Sequence record: PZ402301.1
Length of the DNA stretch: 64,000 nucleotides
Source of the DNA: a phage
Reading direction: 5' to 3' (one strand)
Shown here: positions 1 to 9,769 of the stretch, piece by piece
How the letters are laid out: each line of letters starts with the position of its first letter
Numbering within the stretch: position 1 is the first letter of the stretch
Program-made: the position numbers and the translations under genes
The notes under the pieces: generated by a model
Database searches by the model: none
What the model saw: only the letters and a program-made list of their open reading frames with translations
Told to the model about the DNA's origin: nothing

Positions 1-84
1 AAAGGCGGGAAGAATACATTCATCGATAGTAGATGGACGATATTTCTGTTCAAGAATGTGTTCTTTTTCATTTACAGTAATCAT
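1..84 (-). CDS. 44: clamp loader subunit gp44, 5-prime end only (gene continues beyond window start)
   Basis: ATG at 84..82 on minus strand; translation MITVNEKEHILEQKYRPSTIDECILPAF matches the T4 gp44 N-terminus as recalled; lies downstream of gene 45 as in T4. Confidence 0.75.
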   Translation of the reverse strand, partial: MITVNEKEHILEQKYRPSTIDECILPAF

Positions 85-113
85 AATTTCCTCATTCAAG
101 TTTTAGTGTAAAT

Positions 114-137
114 TATAAAGGGCCGAAGCCCTTTATT
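114..137 (-). terminator. GC-rich stem-loop (AAAGGGC-CGAA-GCCCTTT) between genes 45 and 44; intercistronic hairpin/terminator
   Basis: perfect inverted repeat with 4-nt loop followed by T/A run. Confidence 0.5.
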
Positions 138-822
138 AAAAGTCGTGGGTAGAATCAGCTTCAAGAGCTACTACATAATTCGCGTGTTCACCTTCAAATT
201 TAGCAGCACCTTGTTTACCTTTTGCCCAGAGCAGAAGTTTATAATTTCCTGGTTGCATTTTCATATTTGCCATATTGATAATGAAATTAAATGTATTTTC
301 ACCATCATAATCACCAAGAGTCAAAGAATATTTAACACGGGTCAAAGCAGAATCTTCTACTTTATTAAAACCGTTAATTACGATTTTACCTTCTTTTACT
401 GTGATAGCAATTGTATCAATCTGCAGACCGCGAGATACACGCAACAGCTGTTGAAGGTCTTCAGCTTTAATTTCAGTAACAACAGATGCTACCGGGAATG
501 GAATTGGTTTATTAGGAGCAACTACTGTACTCGGATCAGCTGCTGGCCAAAAAATTGTTGAACGGGCATCAGCAATTTTAATATTTCCATCTTCTGACTG
601 GGAAATTTCTGCATCGTCATTAACTAGAGACAGAATACCGAGAAAACCGTTCAAATCGTAAATCGCTACATCAAAATCAATAGTGTCAGAAATATTTGCT
701 TCTGCATAAGTTGTACCATTAACCGCGCGAGTCATAATAAATTGACCGGATTTAAGCATAATACCAGAGTTAATAGTAGCGAAATTTTTGAGCAGAGCAG
801 TGGTATCTTTAGACAGTTTCAT
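136..822 (-). CDS. 45: sliding clamp gp45 (228 aa)
   Basis: 228-aa ORF MKLSKDTTALLKNFATINSGIMLKSGQF... matching T4 gp45 in length and sequence as recalled. Confidence 0.95.
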   Translation of the reverse strand: MKLSKDTTALLKNFATINSGIMLKSGQFIMTRAVNGTTYAEANISDTIDFDVAIYDLNGFLGILSLVNDDAEISQSEDGNIKIADARSTIFWPAADPSTVVAPNKPIPFPVASVVTEIKAEDLQQLLRVSRGLQIDTIAITVKEGKIVINGFNKVEDSALTRVKYSLTLGDYDGENTFNFIINMANMKMQPGNYKLLLWAKGKQGAAKFEGEHANYVVALEADSTHDF

Positions 823-877
823 GTAATTTCCTTCAATTCAAATGAGATTTAATTTTATAACTAATTTAATAAAGCAA

Positions 878-1267
878 TTAACGATTAAAATCAGCAGCAA
901 TTGTTTCCGCAACAATTTGAGCAGCGACAATTAGGCGTTCATCTGCATTACCGCAATAATCATCTTCAAGGCGTTCACCGCATGAAGTCATAATAAATTT
1001 AGCACCAGCATTTAGAGATTCTGCAGTATGTTTGCGCATTAGTTCAATCCATTTATCACTCACTTCACGATCGATAGCTTCATAATACGCATGACGAGCA
1101 GGTGCAGATTTAATTTTGTTCTGAATAACTTCCATTGCGTTATCAGAAAGAGACAAAACCCATGCTCGACGAATTTTATTTTGGTTTTGTGGATTTGATT
1201 CAGAACGCACGTGTTTTGGCTGAATATCTTTTACATCAACAGTATAATTCACAGTAATTTTAGTCAT
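878..1267 (-). CDS. rpbA: RNA polymerase binding protein RpbA-like (129 aa)
   Basis: 129-aa ORF in the T4 position between genes 45 and 46; length matches T4 RpbA. Confidence 0.7.
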   Translation of the reverse strand: MTKITVNYTVDVKDIQPKHVRSESNPQNQNKIRRAWVLSLSDNAMEVIQNKIKSAPARHAYYEAIDREVSDKWIELMRKHTAESLNAGAKFIMTSCGERLEDDYCGNADERLIVAAQIVAETIAADFNR

Positions 1268-1276
1268 AATACACCT

Positions 1277-1465
1277 TTAGTCATAATAATCAGTAACAGT
1301 CCAAGCTTCATTTCTGTTGGACATTATTTTCGTATATTCTGATTTAAATGCATTCTTAAGCATAGATTCAGTAACTATATGCTCTTCATTAGAAAAATTA
1401 TTTCTCAGAATATATCGTTTTATTTCAGGAATAGTTAATAGATGCTGTCCAGTTGAATATTCCAT
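1277..1465 (-). CDS. hypothetical protein (45.2-like, 62 aa)
   Basis: short ORF in conserved position between rpbA and gene 46. Confidence 0.5.
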   Translation of the reverse strand: MEYSTGQHLLTIPEIKRYILRNNFSNEEHIVTESMLKNAFKSEYTKIMSNRNEAWTVTDYYD

Positions 1466-1520
1466 GTTTTTCCTCCATAGAGATTATACTCTAATAAATT
1501 AAAGCATAATCTCTTATAAA

Positions 1521-3203
1521 TTAAACCATTACAGTAAACCGACCAACTTTCTTCATTTGAAGATGCTGACCATATGCTTGTGGGTCATGGTCTCTATGCG
1601 AAATAACAAAAACGTTAGTATTTTTTAAACTATCTAAAATAGTTGAAATAGCTTTTACACCTTCAACATCAGTTGCTGAATCAAAAACTTCATCAAGAAT
1701 TAGTGTGTTTATTTTAACACCTGAAACTTTTTCAGCAATATCACGCCAAGTAAATAAAAGAGCAATATCAATTCGTGCTTTTTCACCTTGACTAAATGAA
1801 GCATAACTAAAATCTTCACGACCACGGGATTTAATTGTCTCATTAAATTCTTCATCTAATGTAAACACATAATCCGCTTCCATTATTTTAAGATAATGGT
1901 TAATCTGCTTATTAAATAATGGAATGTACTTTTTAATAATAGCACCTTTAATACCAGAATCTTTGAGCATATCAGTCAAAATTCCTCTGTGGTATTTTTC
2001 CATTACTAAATTAGTTTTTGTCTTAACAATTTTATCAAGTTCTTCTTGAAGCAGTGCTATTTCATCAGCATGGTCAATAAACTCAGATGATGCTTTTTCT
2101 ATAGCTGCTTTAACTTTTTTAGCTTTATCTACCGTCGTGATTAGAGATTGCTTTTTATTGCGAATATCATTTGCCAACGTCTGCTGGGTTTTAATATTAT
2201 CTCGGTATTCATCAACAAGAACTTTTAAATTATCACGATGTGTTGAAAGCTGTTCAAACGAATGCGTGCATTCAGAAACTTTATCTTTAATTTTAGAAAC
2301 AACTTTATCACCGGAACTTAATTGTGACAAACAGGTTGGACATAATCCACCTTCGTGATACATATTAATGACTTTATTATACGAGTCAATTTTTGATTTA
2401 ATCAAAACTGCTTCTTGACCGATTTTATTAAATGCATCAGTCGGGTCTTCATCCAAAACAATATTAACTAATCTTTCATTAGCTTCTTCTATTTCCGATT
2501 TTAACGTTCTAGCTTCTTTTGCCAAATCATCATACATATTCTGTAGACGAGTAAGGTTATCACCAGTTAATTTTTTCTGGCGTTCAACGTTATCATTATA
2601 TATTTTAATTTGCTGGATAATACTATCTTTTTTAACATCAAGCACTTGGTTTTGTGAATTTAATTCACGTATTAGTGCTTTATTAAGCTTATCCATTTCA
2701 GCTAATGTTCCTACCTCAAGCAGGTCTTCCACAAGCTTTCTTCGCGCAGGGGTCGACAAACCCATGAAAGGGGTATACCCTGCTGTACCAAGGACAACAA
2801 TTTGCTTGAAACTGGCATATGACATTCCGATAAGCTGTTCAAATTCTGCTTGGAAATCTTTACTGCTGGCAGATTCATTAAGACGTGTACCGTTAACGGT
2901 GATTTCGAAAACGTTTGGTTTTTGTCCTCTTTTGATATAGTACTTTTTCTCATCATATTCCATCCACAGTTCAACTAAAAGTTCTTTCTTATTTGTGCTG
3001 TTTATTAATTGACCTTTCTTTACATCACGAAATGGCTTGCCAAAAAGCCCAAATGTGATGGCTTCTAACATAGTAGACTTACCACCGCCATTTCGTCCAG
3101 TAATAAGAGTTTTTTGAACCTTATCTAATTGAATGTCAATAGGATTTCCACCTACTGACATTATATTTTGATACCTAACTCGGTTTAGTTTAAAATTCTT
3201 CAC
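1521..3203 (-). CDS. 46: recombination endonuclease subunit gp46 (Rad50/SbcC-like ATPase, 560 aa)
   Basis: 560-aa ORF; N-terminal Walker A GRNGGGKST, long coiled-coil middle, C-terminal LILDE Walker B; same length as T4 gp46. Confidence 0.9.
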   Translation of the reverse strand: MKNFKLNRVRYQNIMSVGGNPIDIQLDKVQKTLITGRNGGGKSTMLEAITFGLFGKPFRDVKKGQLINSTNKKELLVELWMEYDEKKYYIKRGQKPNVFEITVNGTRLNESASSKDFQAEFEQLIGMSYASFKQIVVLGTAGYTPFMGLSTPARRKLVEDLLEVGTLAEMDKLNKALIRELNSQNQVLDVKKDSIIQQIKIYNDNVERQKKLTGDNLTRLQNMYDDLAKEARTLKSEIEEANERLVNIVLDEDPTDAFNKIGQEAVLIKSKIDSYNKVINMYHEGGLCPTCLSQLSSGDKVVSKIKDKVSECTHSFEQLSTHRDNLKVLVDEYRDNIKTQQTLANDIRNKKQSLITTVDKAKKVKAAIEKASSEFIDHADEIALLQEELDKIVKTKTNLVMEKYHRGILTDMLKDSGIKGAIIKKYIPLFNKQINHYLKIMEADYVFTLDEEFNETIKSRGREDFSYASFSQGEKARIDIALLFTWRDIAEKVSGVKINTLILDEVFDSATDVEGVKAISTILDSLKNTNVFVISHRDHDPQAYGQHLQMKKVGRFTVMV

Positions 3204-3463
3204 AAAAGATTCCTTTTAATGTATCTTTTAGACCATTCTATCATATCATCATAATCTAAAAAGTATTCATCAAATTCAGCCATGCAAACAACACCTTGTG
3301 CTGCTTTTGATGTGATATAAATTATTCCAACATATCTAGAATCTTCTTCGGTGTATTCAATATTTGCTATGAATTCATCGTTAATGTCAAATGTCGAAAA
3401 CTTCACAGTATGCATCCTTAATACAAGATACAGCCATATCTTGTAATGATTTAGGTGTGTCAT
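3200..3463 (-). CDS. hypothetical protein (46.1-like); true start may be internal
   Basis: ORF in gene 46-47 interval; overlaps next ORF by 77 nt so start is uncertain. Confidence 0.4.
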   Translation of the reverse strand: MTHLNHYKIWLYLVLRMHTVKFSTFDINDEFIANIEYTEEDSRYVGIIYITSKAAQGVVCMAEFDEYFLDYDDMIEWSKRYIKRNLL

Positions 3464-3650
3464 TATCTAAAATGTTGAAGTTAAAAGATACAGCCCAGTC
3501 AGTGCAGACCGTGACCTTTTTAATACAATTATCTTCAATCTCTAGCGGTTCAAACCAATATTCAATAATTTCTTTATGCCCAATATCATCTTTTACTTCG
3601 CATTCAAAATGCTGACTCATCATAACATTTTTAAATTCATCAAAAGTCAT
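3387..3650 (-). CDS. hypothetical protein (46.2-like)
   Basis: 87-aa ORF immediately downstream of gene 47, stop-start overlap with gene 47. Confidence 0.45.
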   Translation of the reverse strand: MTFDEFKNVMMSQHFECEVKDDIGHKEIIEYWFEPLEIEDNCIKKVTVCTDWAVSFNFNILDNDTPKSLQDMAVSCIKDAYCEVFDI

Positions 3651-4666
3651 TGTGTTGCCTCTACATATAACTGATTTGCATATTGAATAAGTGCTTCGCG
3701 GTCAGAATCAGTGATGTCTGGAATTGCATTAATGTATTCTTCCATCAACGTCTGAAGAGATTGAACTTCAACTTCTTCACTATCATCTGACTCGACAGAG
3801 TTATCAATCTTTGACACAACTCGTAATGAATGCACAACTTTTTCTAGTTCAGATTCGAACTTCGTTAGATTTTTGTCTACCTCAGTTACTATAACACGTA
3901 CTGATAGATTTGTAAAATCTTTATAGTCAATTTTTCCCTTAAATGGATATTGAATTCGACGATGCCAGGTGGTGTTGTTTGGAATAAATTCCATTCGTTC
4001 TGTTTCTGTATCAAACATCCAGAACCCGCGAGGGTCATTCTCGTCACCTGCAGTTAGTGTCCATGGTGTCCCAATATATCTGACGTTAGCAGCCTCAGAG
4101 ATAGTATGGAAGTGACCAGACCACACCTCTTTATAAGTCTTAAGGAAATCAGGTTCAAGACCGTGAGATTTCATTCCTTTATAAAAATAAAATCCATTCA
4201 GTTCCCAGTGACCAACGCAAAAAGAAGCAGATGAAGTTTTGATGTGTTCAAGAATTTCACCAGTATTTTCTTCGCACATCCAAGGAATTAAATCAATCAA
4301 ACATCCGTCAAAATCTACTGTAGTAGGCTTATCATATACTTTAACATTAGGATATTTAGCCAAAAGCTCAGTAGAAGCATTTGGAGTTAAAGTATTTTTA
4401 AAGTGCATATCATGGTTTCCTACAACAGTATGTAGGGTAATACCAGCATCATCAAGCATTTGAACTATTTCACGAGCGAACTCCATAGTTTTATGCGTGA
4501 TTGCTTTTCGCACATCAAAAATATCGCCGTATTGAATCCATGTAGTAATTCCATTTTTCTTAGAATATTCTATTGCTTGTTTAATTCCATCCAACTGAAT
4601 GGATTGAACCCACTCATCATCGGCTTTAACACCTAAATGCCAATCACCTAAATTTAAAATTTTCAT
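3647..4666 (-). CDS. 47: recombination nuclease subunit gp47 (Mre11/SbcD-like phosphoesterase, 339 aa)
   Basis: 339-aa ORF with metallophosphoesterase motifs (LGDWHLG, GDIFD, GNHD, GHWE, GHFH); same length as T4 gp47. Confidence 0.9.
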   Translation of the reverse strand: MKILNLGDWHLGVKADDEWVQSIQLDGIKQAIEYSKKNGITTWIQYGDIFDVRKAITHKTMEFAREIVQMLDDAGITLHTVVGNHDMHFKNTLTPNASTELLAKYPNVKVYDKPTTVDFDGCLIDLIPWMCEENTGEILEHIKTSSASFCVGHWELNGFYFYKGMKSHGLEPDFLKTYKEVWSGHFHTISEAANVRYIGTPWTLTAGDENDPRGFWMFDTETERMEFIPNNTTWHRRIQYPFKGKIDYKDFTNLSVRVIVTEVDKNLTKFESELEKVVHSLRVVSKIDNSVESDDSEEVEVQSLQTLMEEYINAIPDITDSDREALIQYANQLYVEATQ

Positions 4667-4803
4667 ATATCAAGAACCGTCATTGAAATGCAAAATAAAA
4701 TTATTGAAATAAATCCATCTGGAGTGCTAAAGAACCCAATCCAACATGCTCTAGTGAATAGATAAAATGCGAGAAAAAGTATCACATATCCAAGAAATAT
4801 CAT
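4663..4803 (-). CDS. small hydrophobic protein (46 aa), translationally coupled to gene 47
   Basis: ORF MIFLGYVILFLAFYLFTRACWIGFFSTPDGFISIILFCISMTVLDI; its TGA overlaps the gene 47 ATG (ATATGA); below the 60-aa ORF-track cutoff. Confidence 0.35.
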   Translation of the reverse strand: MIFLGYVILFLAFYLFTRACWIGFFSTPDGFISIILFCISMTVLDI

Positions 4804-4826
4804 TATATCAAACTCCGTATAAAGCT

Positions 4827-4844
4827 AAAGGGCCGAAGCCCTTT
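4827..4844 (-). terminator. rho-independent terminator hairpin (AAAGGGCCGAAGCCCTTT) after a-gt
   Basis: GC stem with CGAA loop and T-run immediately after a-gt stop. Confidence 0.6.
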
Positions 4845-6045
4845 ATTTTGTAATAATGTCAAACTGTTCTTTAAAGCAGAAGCTTGAATCTTGATGCTGA
4901 TACAAAAATTCATAAGCTTTTTCGCGTTCACGGTCATAAAGAGCTCGGTCAGATGACAGTTCTTTAATACGCTCAAATGTTGATTCCATGTCATTTTCAT
5001 CAAACCAAACGATACCGCTATCATGAGAAATTAACGGAGTATTATCAACACGGAATTTTAAATTTTCGCCAGTAGATTTCCAAAATACTGGAATTGTTCC
5101 ACATGCACCAAGCTCGAGATGAGTGTATTCTAAAGAACGTTGCAGATATTTTTTGTCCAACTTGCTCAGCTGATAACCAAATCCGGATTTACTCATGCGT
5201 TCAAGCATTTCGCTATTTACATAACGGTCAAGAATTTGCGTCGGCAAATTAGGAGCAATTTTAATTTGGTCTACTTGATGAAGACGATAATACTCGTATG
5301 GAATTCCTTTTTCTTTAATAGGAATGAACGCTGGAGAACGTTCCAGACCTTCCATAATAGTACTTAGTCCTGCAGGTTTAAGATGTTTTTCGTGAAAATC
5401 AAACATCTGATAAAAGCCTTTCCATGTAGTAGTACGACCAATCCAACGGTTGATATTCATGTTAATTTCAGAAACATCTTTCCAGTAGGTTGATCGAACT
5501 TTCGCAATATCCATAGGAGGCTGGAAGTTATATACGGTCGGTGCTTCTTCAATATCATCAAACAAAGAAACTGTTTCTGGATACCATTCTTTCATTAAAA
5601 CTTTATTAAAATCACCATTATCAGAATGGCTAAAAATAACATCAGCTCGACGAACAGTTTCTTCTAATCCCAAATTTCGGCGTAAAGAAAGAGAAGAATG
5701 GTCATGCTGATAAACTACAACACGAACCGAAGGTTTAATGTTATCAATAATTTTTTTATAGTTATTAATCGTGTCTTCTTCGACTGAAGTAGCAGGAACT
5801 GAATTGATAATTAGAATATCACAATCATTTACCAGCTTAAGGGTTTTATCGTATTCTTTTGCCAATAAAACCGGAATTGAAAATGACTTATAATCATGTG
5901 CGCAATTACGAGTAAAAGATTTATCTTTAGCATAAACCAAAGTTACTTCATGACCATTTTTAATAAACCAATCACGCTGCTCAAGAGAAAATTTAGTTAC
6001 ACCACAACCTTCAAGACCTCGAGCCATAAAAATGCATACTTTCAT
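4843..6045 (-). CDS. a-gt: DNA alpha-glucosyltransferase (400 aa)
   Basis: 400-aa ORF MKVCIFMARGLEGCGVTKFSLEQRDWFIKNGHEVTLVYAKDKSF... matching T4 AGT closely as recalled. Confidence 0.9.
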   Translation of the reverse strand: MKVCIFMARGLEGCGVTKFSLEQRDWFIKNGHEVTLVYAKDKSFTRNCAHDYKSFSIPVLLAKEYDKTLKLVNDCDILIINSVPATSVEEDTINNYKKIIDNIKPSVRVVVYQHDHSSLSLRRNLGLEETVRRADVIFSHSDNGDFNKVLMKEWYPETVSLFDDIEEAPTVYNFQPPMDIAKVRSTYWKDVSEINMNINRWIGRTTTWKGFYQMFDFHEKHLKPAGLSTIMEGLERSPAFIPIKEKGIPYEYYRLHQVDQIKIAPNLPTQILDRYVNSEMLERMSKSGFGYQLSKLDKKYLQRSLEYTHLELGACGTIPVFWKSTGENLKFRVDNTPLISHDSGIVWFDENDMESTFERIKELSSDRALYDREREKAYEFLYQHQDSSFCFKEQFDIITK

Positions 6046-6097
6046 TTAATATCCTCATTGTTTTGGTTTATTTTACCAAAAAAATTTATAAAGCAAT

Positions 6098-6117
6098 ATA
6101 GGAGCCGAGGCTCCTAT
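6098..6117 (-). terminator. stem-loop ATAGGAGCC-GAG-GCTCCTAT, terminator-like
   Basis: perfect inverted repeat in intergenic region upstream of a-gt. Confidence 0.4.
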
Positions 6118-6290
6118 CCACATAATACGCCATACAGAGGCTCATTAGAGCTTCTAAATTTTATACGCTTATATGTTATAGTTCCTTCTGCTTTAGCTTT
6201 ATCGTGAGCCTCTTTAAAGCGTCTCATCATTTCTACTTTAGAGGAACGAATTTTATTATAATCTATTTCAGAAGTCTGGGTGTTCATCTT

Positions 6291-6497
6291 TCACAGTTGC
6301 CACCATTTTTTGACTTGATAGGAATCAACCCACACTTTCATATTAGGGTCTGCTCTTACAATAGGAGGATTAACTTCTTTGATTGAACTATCATGGTATT
6401 CTTTTTCAGAAATTTTCACGCAAAGATGACCATTCAAAGATTCAGTAAATCCTGCATTAATTTTAAGACGCTTGAATTTTACGTGTGTAAGCATCAA
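6291..6497 (-). CDS. hypothetical protein (68 aa)
   Basis: ORF only; overlaps neighbouring ORF. Confidence 0.3.
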   Translation of the reverse strand: MMLTHVKFKRLKINAGFTESLNGHLCVKISEKEYHDSSIKEVNPPIVRADPNMKVWVDSYQVKKWWQL

Positions 6498-6780
6498 TCA
6501 TATCCTCAATCTGCGATCTAGTAGTCTTCCAAAGAATACTAATGAGTTCATCGTTATATGGCTGTTTTAGAATATCCCGACTTTTCTTGATAGCATATTC
6601 GTATTGAGCAAAATTATTGTTTTCAGCTGCAATCTGAGCGTGTTTATAAAGACGGTTCAGTTCGCGTTTATTTTTAGACAATAACTTATTTGCTTTTCTT
6701 TCTGCTTCAAGACGGTTCTTTTCTTCAATAGAAGAAATAAGCTTTTCCACTTCATCATTAATTTCGGGTTTATCAGTCAT
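6463..6780 (-). CDS. hypothetical protein (105 aa, charged/coiled-coil)
   Basis: ORF only, compact early-gene arrangement. Confidence 0.45.
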   Translation of the reverse strand: MTDKPEINDEVEKLISSIEEKNRLEAERKANKLLSKNKRELNRLYKHAQIAAENNNFAQYEYAIKKSRDILKQPYNDELISILWKTTRSQIEDMIDAYTRKIQAS

Positions 6781-6781
6781 A

Positions 6782-7000
6782 TTATTTCTCTAATATAAAA
6801 TAAAAATCATCATCTGTTAAATGATACCGATAGTTTAATTCTACACCATTAGATTTAAAAGCGGTATCATACGGATTTTCTGGATCAATATCAATGTCAA
6901 GAGCTAAAACTTCCCTGAGATACATTTTAAGTAAATAGGGAATAGCTTCAACTTCAGGTATTTCTTCCAAGAATCCGGAGAGGTTAATCGTTAGCCTCAT
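6782..7000 (-). CDS. hypothetical protein (72 aa)
   Basis: ORF packed tail-to-head with gene 55. Confidence 0.45.
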
Positions 7001-7541
7001 ATAAAAAATCCAAACTAGGAGAATCGTCTACAACACTTTTCTTTTCAGCCCCTGGTGTTCTATAGGTTGATTCTTCGTAATGCGTCATTTTATCGTAGAT
7101 GTCTTGAATAAAAGTTTCATCTACTAACGCAACCATATCGTCGTCACGACTGTCATAGACATTGTGAACGAAGTAACTATATTTCTTTGCAACTTCCTTA
7201 CGTTCTTTTTTAATACGTTGGACGAATGCATTAAAACAAGCTTGAGTTATATATGCATGTGGGTTTTTATATTTCGTTTCATCAAAATTATGAAGCCCCT
7301 TAATAGAAGCTTCTATGCCATCTGCAATCATTTCTTGTTTCCAAGACTGGGTATATCCTGAAAAGTTGAAACGTTTAGATAAGCCTTCTGCAATAAGCAT
7401 AATGGCTAATCCGATAGTATCATTCTGACGAACTACTTTATTTGGGTCTTTATTATTTGCTAATTCTGTTTTCCAATCAATAATAGCTTGTAAAAGCTCT
7501 TTATTGTTTACGTAATTATATTTAGGCTTAGTTTCTGACAT
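6984..7541 (-). CDS. 55: late transcription sigma factor gp55
   Basis: ORF contains [31 protein letters not shown]... matching T4 gp55; start placed at the internal Met giving 185 aa. Confidence 0.9.
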
Positions 7542-7619
7542 TTTCACCTCTTAGCTCAATTCATAGATCTATTATATCATAATATTTGAAGATCTATCTT
7601 AAAGCATAGAGGATATCAG

Positions 7620-7889
7620 TTATCTAAGTAAACAGTATGCTTGGAACACTTTCTCCATCATCTTTTTAAATTCATGAATATCTATGTAATGACTAGTTAA
7701 ATCAGCATGATATAAAAAGTCTAAAAACTTTTCATGTGTGCTAACATATTCGCTTTCATTTAATTCAGAAACATGGCTTTCCCAATATCCAACACCAGTC
7801 TTATTTGGGAAAAATGAAATTTTCATATATTGGTCAACATAGAAAATTCCATAATTTTCAATAGTAATAGAAATATTAATAAATTTCAT
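7620..7889 (-). CDS. hypothetical protein (89 aa)
   Basis: ORF in 55-nrdH interval. Confidence 0.4.
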   Translation of the reverse strand: MKFINISITIENYGIFYVDQYMKISFFPNKTGVGYWESHVSELNESEYVSTHEKFLDFLYHADLTSHYIDIHEFKKMMEKVFQAYCLLR

Positions 7890-8101
7890 GCATTCATCAA
7901 CTTAGCCGCTTCAAGAGCTGCATCTAGTGAATCAAATTGGTCAACGTATTCAATCAATTCGCCATAATTAGCATATAACCACCATTGGCTAAATTCATAC
8001 TCAAGGATGAATCCATTTCCTTCAATTTGAGTTAAACCACTGCCGTTTGTATTTACTTCATATCCGGCAAGACGCAAATCGTTAATAAGAGCTTCGTTCA
8101 T
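7886..8101 (-). CDS. hypothetical protein (71 aa)
   Basis: ORF, stop-start overlap with neighbour. Confidence 0.4.
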   Translation of the reverse strand: MNEALINDLRLAGYEVNTNGSGLTQIEGNGFILEYEFSQWWLYANYGELIEYVDQFDSLDAALEAAKLMNA

Positions 8102-8103
8102 AA

Positions 8104-8430
8104 TTATGCCTTAGTAATTTTCAGGTCAGCAAATTTTTTCTTGCGTTGATTTTTCATACGACGAATAGTTTTATCAGAAATTTCATGCTTTTGATAAGCT
8201 TTAGATTCTACGCCAAAAGCTTTAACATCAAATTCAGACAAGATATATTGAACCAACAATTCGCGGATAGTATTTCGTCCAATTTTCTGATCATTCTGTT
8301 TCATCATCTGATGAAGCTCTTTTTCCCATTTATCCAAAATTTGAGGAGTTACAATATCGCCTTTTTCTAGCAAAGAAACTACTTTATCATATGCGTAAGA
8401 ATTGATGGCGTTTTTAATTTGAATAGTCAT
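8104..8430 (-). CDS. hypothetical protein (108 aa, basic C-terminus)
   Basis: ORF only. Confidence 0.45.
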   Translation of the reverse strand: MTIQIKNAINSYAYDKVVSLLEKGDIVTPQILDKWEKELHQMMKQNDQKIGRNTIRELLVQYILSEFDVKAFGVESKAYQKHEISDKTIRRMKNQRKKKFADLKITKA

Positions 8431-8467
8431 ACATTATCCTCAATTACGTTAAAATTTTATTATCCAA

Positions 8468-8483
8468 AAAGGGCCGAAGCCCT
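8468..8483 (-). terminator. terminator hairpin AAGGGCCGAAGCCCTT
   Basis: same GGGCCGAAGCCC hairpin family as at 4827 and 114. Confidence 0.5.
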
Positions 8484-8683
8484 TAGCTAAACTGTTTGGC
8501 ACCCTTCCAGCCTTCGTACATCATTGCAGCTGATATTAATATTGCTCCTGCGCATTTTGAATATTTGTGATTCCAAAACCAGTTCAGAAAAACTTCGTCA
8601 TCAATACCTTGGGCTATCATATTTTCAAAGAACTGGCGACGAGCTTCAGCAATTCGTTGCGATAATTTAGATTCAGGATTCAT
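8483..8683 (-). CDS. hypothetical protein (66 aa)
   Basis: ORF only. Confidence 0.4.
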   Translation of the reverse strand: MNPESKLSQRIAEARRQFFENMIAQGIDDEVFLNWFWNHKYSKCAGAILISAAMMYEGWKGAKQFS

Positions 8684-8899
8684 TTAAATTTTCCAGTTAC
8701 CGTTTTCATCAATAAATTTAATCCAGTCATTTACTGACCACTTGGTCGTATCGCCTTTTGGAGCAATATTTAAAGTGTATAATCCTTGTTTAAAAAGCAT
8801 GCGTTTGGTATTCATATTTTCCTCAGCTGTAACGATAGCACTCGTTTGATTTACGTTTAGCAACTCGTTGAGAAGTATTATAATCAAAATCATCGTCAA
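8684..8899 (-). CDS. hypothetical protein; start uncertain (overlaps next ORF)
   Basis: ORF only. Confidence 0.3.
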   Translation of the reverse strand: MTMILIIILLNELLNVNQTSAIVTAEENMNTKRMLFKQGLYTLNIAPKGDTTKWSVNDWIKFIDENGNWKI

Positions 8900-9161
8900 T
8901 GTAAACTGATTTTTTCAACTTTCTTACTTCACTACGTAATTGACGATTTAGCTCATCTTTAACTTCTGAATCAATGCCTTTCATTCTACGCCATTTATCA
9001 GAGCGAAAAATGTTTTCAACCATATCTTTATGACTTACACCATCAGGAGCTTTACGCTTTCCGAAATAGTCATAATCACGTACTTTTAAATCTTTACGAC
9101 GATACGTTTTACCCATGGAGTTTAATTTCCTTAGCAACTGAACTAAATACAGCACGATCAC
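8823..9161 (-). CDS. hypothetical basic protein; start uncertain
   Basis: ORF only; lysine/arginine rich. Confidence 0.35.
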   Translation of the reverse strand: MIVLYLVQLLRKLNSMGKTYRRKDLKVRDYDYFGKRKAPDGVSHKDMVENIFRSDKWRRMKGIDSEVKDELNRQLRSEVRKLKKSVYIDDDFDYNTSQRVAKRKSNECYRYS

Positions 9162-9291
9162 AAATCATCTGTTTATGTAACTTGAGTATAAGATAATAAA
9201 CTTCAAAGCCGTTTACATAAGTAACACGAACAACACTACCATTAATAAAATAATATTGTCCCTTTTTAATTTCTTTATCAACCACAACCAT
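9109..9291 (-). CDS. hypothetical protein (60 aa)
   Basis: ORF directly downstream of an early promoter. Confidence 0.4.
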   Translation of the reverse strand: MVVVDKEIKKGQYYFINGSVVRVTYVNGFEVYYLILKLHKQMICDRAVFSSVAKEIKLHG

Positions 9292-9320
9292 ATCAAATCC
9301 TCAAAGGCAATTCATGTGTT

Positions 9321-9351
9321 AATAATACCACAGTTTGAACTGGTTGTAAAC
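9321..9351 (-). promoter_or_regulatory. T4-type early promoter (-35 GTTTAC, AT-rich upstream element)
   Basis: minus-sense AAATAATTTTCACAAAGTT-GTTTAC-~17nt-TATTAT; spacer contains palindrome CCAGTT..AACTGG. Confidence 0.5.
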
Positions 9352-9427
9352 AACTTTGTGAAAATTATTTGGAACGATAAGAAGTGAATGATAGTTAGAA
9401 TGGTAATATACAGAATGCGAGAAAGAA

Positions 9428-9443
9428 AGGCCCAGAGGGCCCG
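9428..9443 (-). terminator. terminator hairpin GGCCC-AGA-GGGCC
   Basis: inverted repeat right after stop of the nrdH-like ORF. Confidence 0.5.
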
Positions 9444-9445
9444 TC

Positions 9446-9769
9446 TTAGTCTTCTATGATATCTCTATCATATCCAAGTGAAATGAGAGTTTCTTTGAAG
9501 TGTTTAATGTTCTTTTGTCTAGAATCATTGATGAAAATGACTGGATAACGAATGTTAAGAGATGTGAATCCAGCGCGTTTAGCAAGAGATACAATCAGTG
9601 GACGATCATACTCAATCTTACCATTATTTGTAAGAACTTTATAGAAAGTAAAAGGAGCATTGAGCTCCTTTAGAAGTTTTGTAACTGATTGACATCCAGG
9701 ACAACGACCTACTTCTTCGGGGATGCCATAGATTTCAATCTTATTCTTTAAGTTCGAGTTTTGTTCCAC
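9446..9769 (-). CDS. nrdH: glutaredoxin-like protein (NrdH-like), CPGC active site; start uncertain (possibly GTG)
   Basis: CxxC motif GRCPGCQ in thioredoxin-fold-like context; located upstream of nrdG/nrdD as in T4. Confidence 0.5.
   Translation of the reverse strand: MEQNSNLKNKIEIYGIPEEVGRCPGCQSVTKLLKELNAPFTFYKVLTNNGKIEYDRPLIVSLAKRAGFTSLNIRYPVIFINDSRQKNIKHFKETLISLGYDRDIIED

Noticed and set aside
145-561. 138-aa plus-strand ORF inside gene 45
   Set aside because: Antisense shadow of the well-supported gp45 gene; Phe/Ile/Lys-rich composition typical of reverse-strand AT-rich artefacts.
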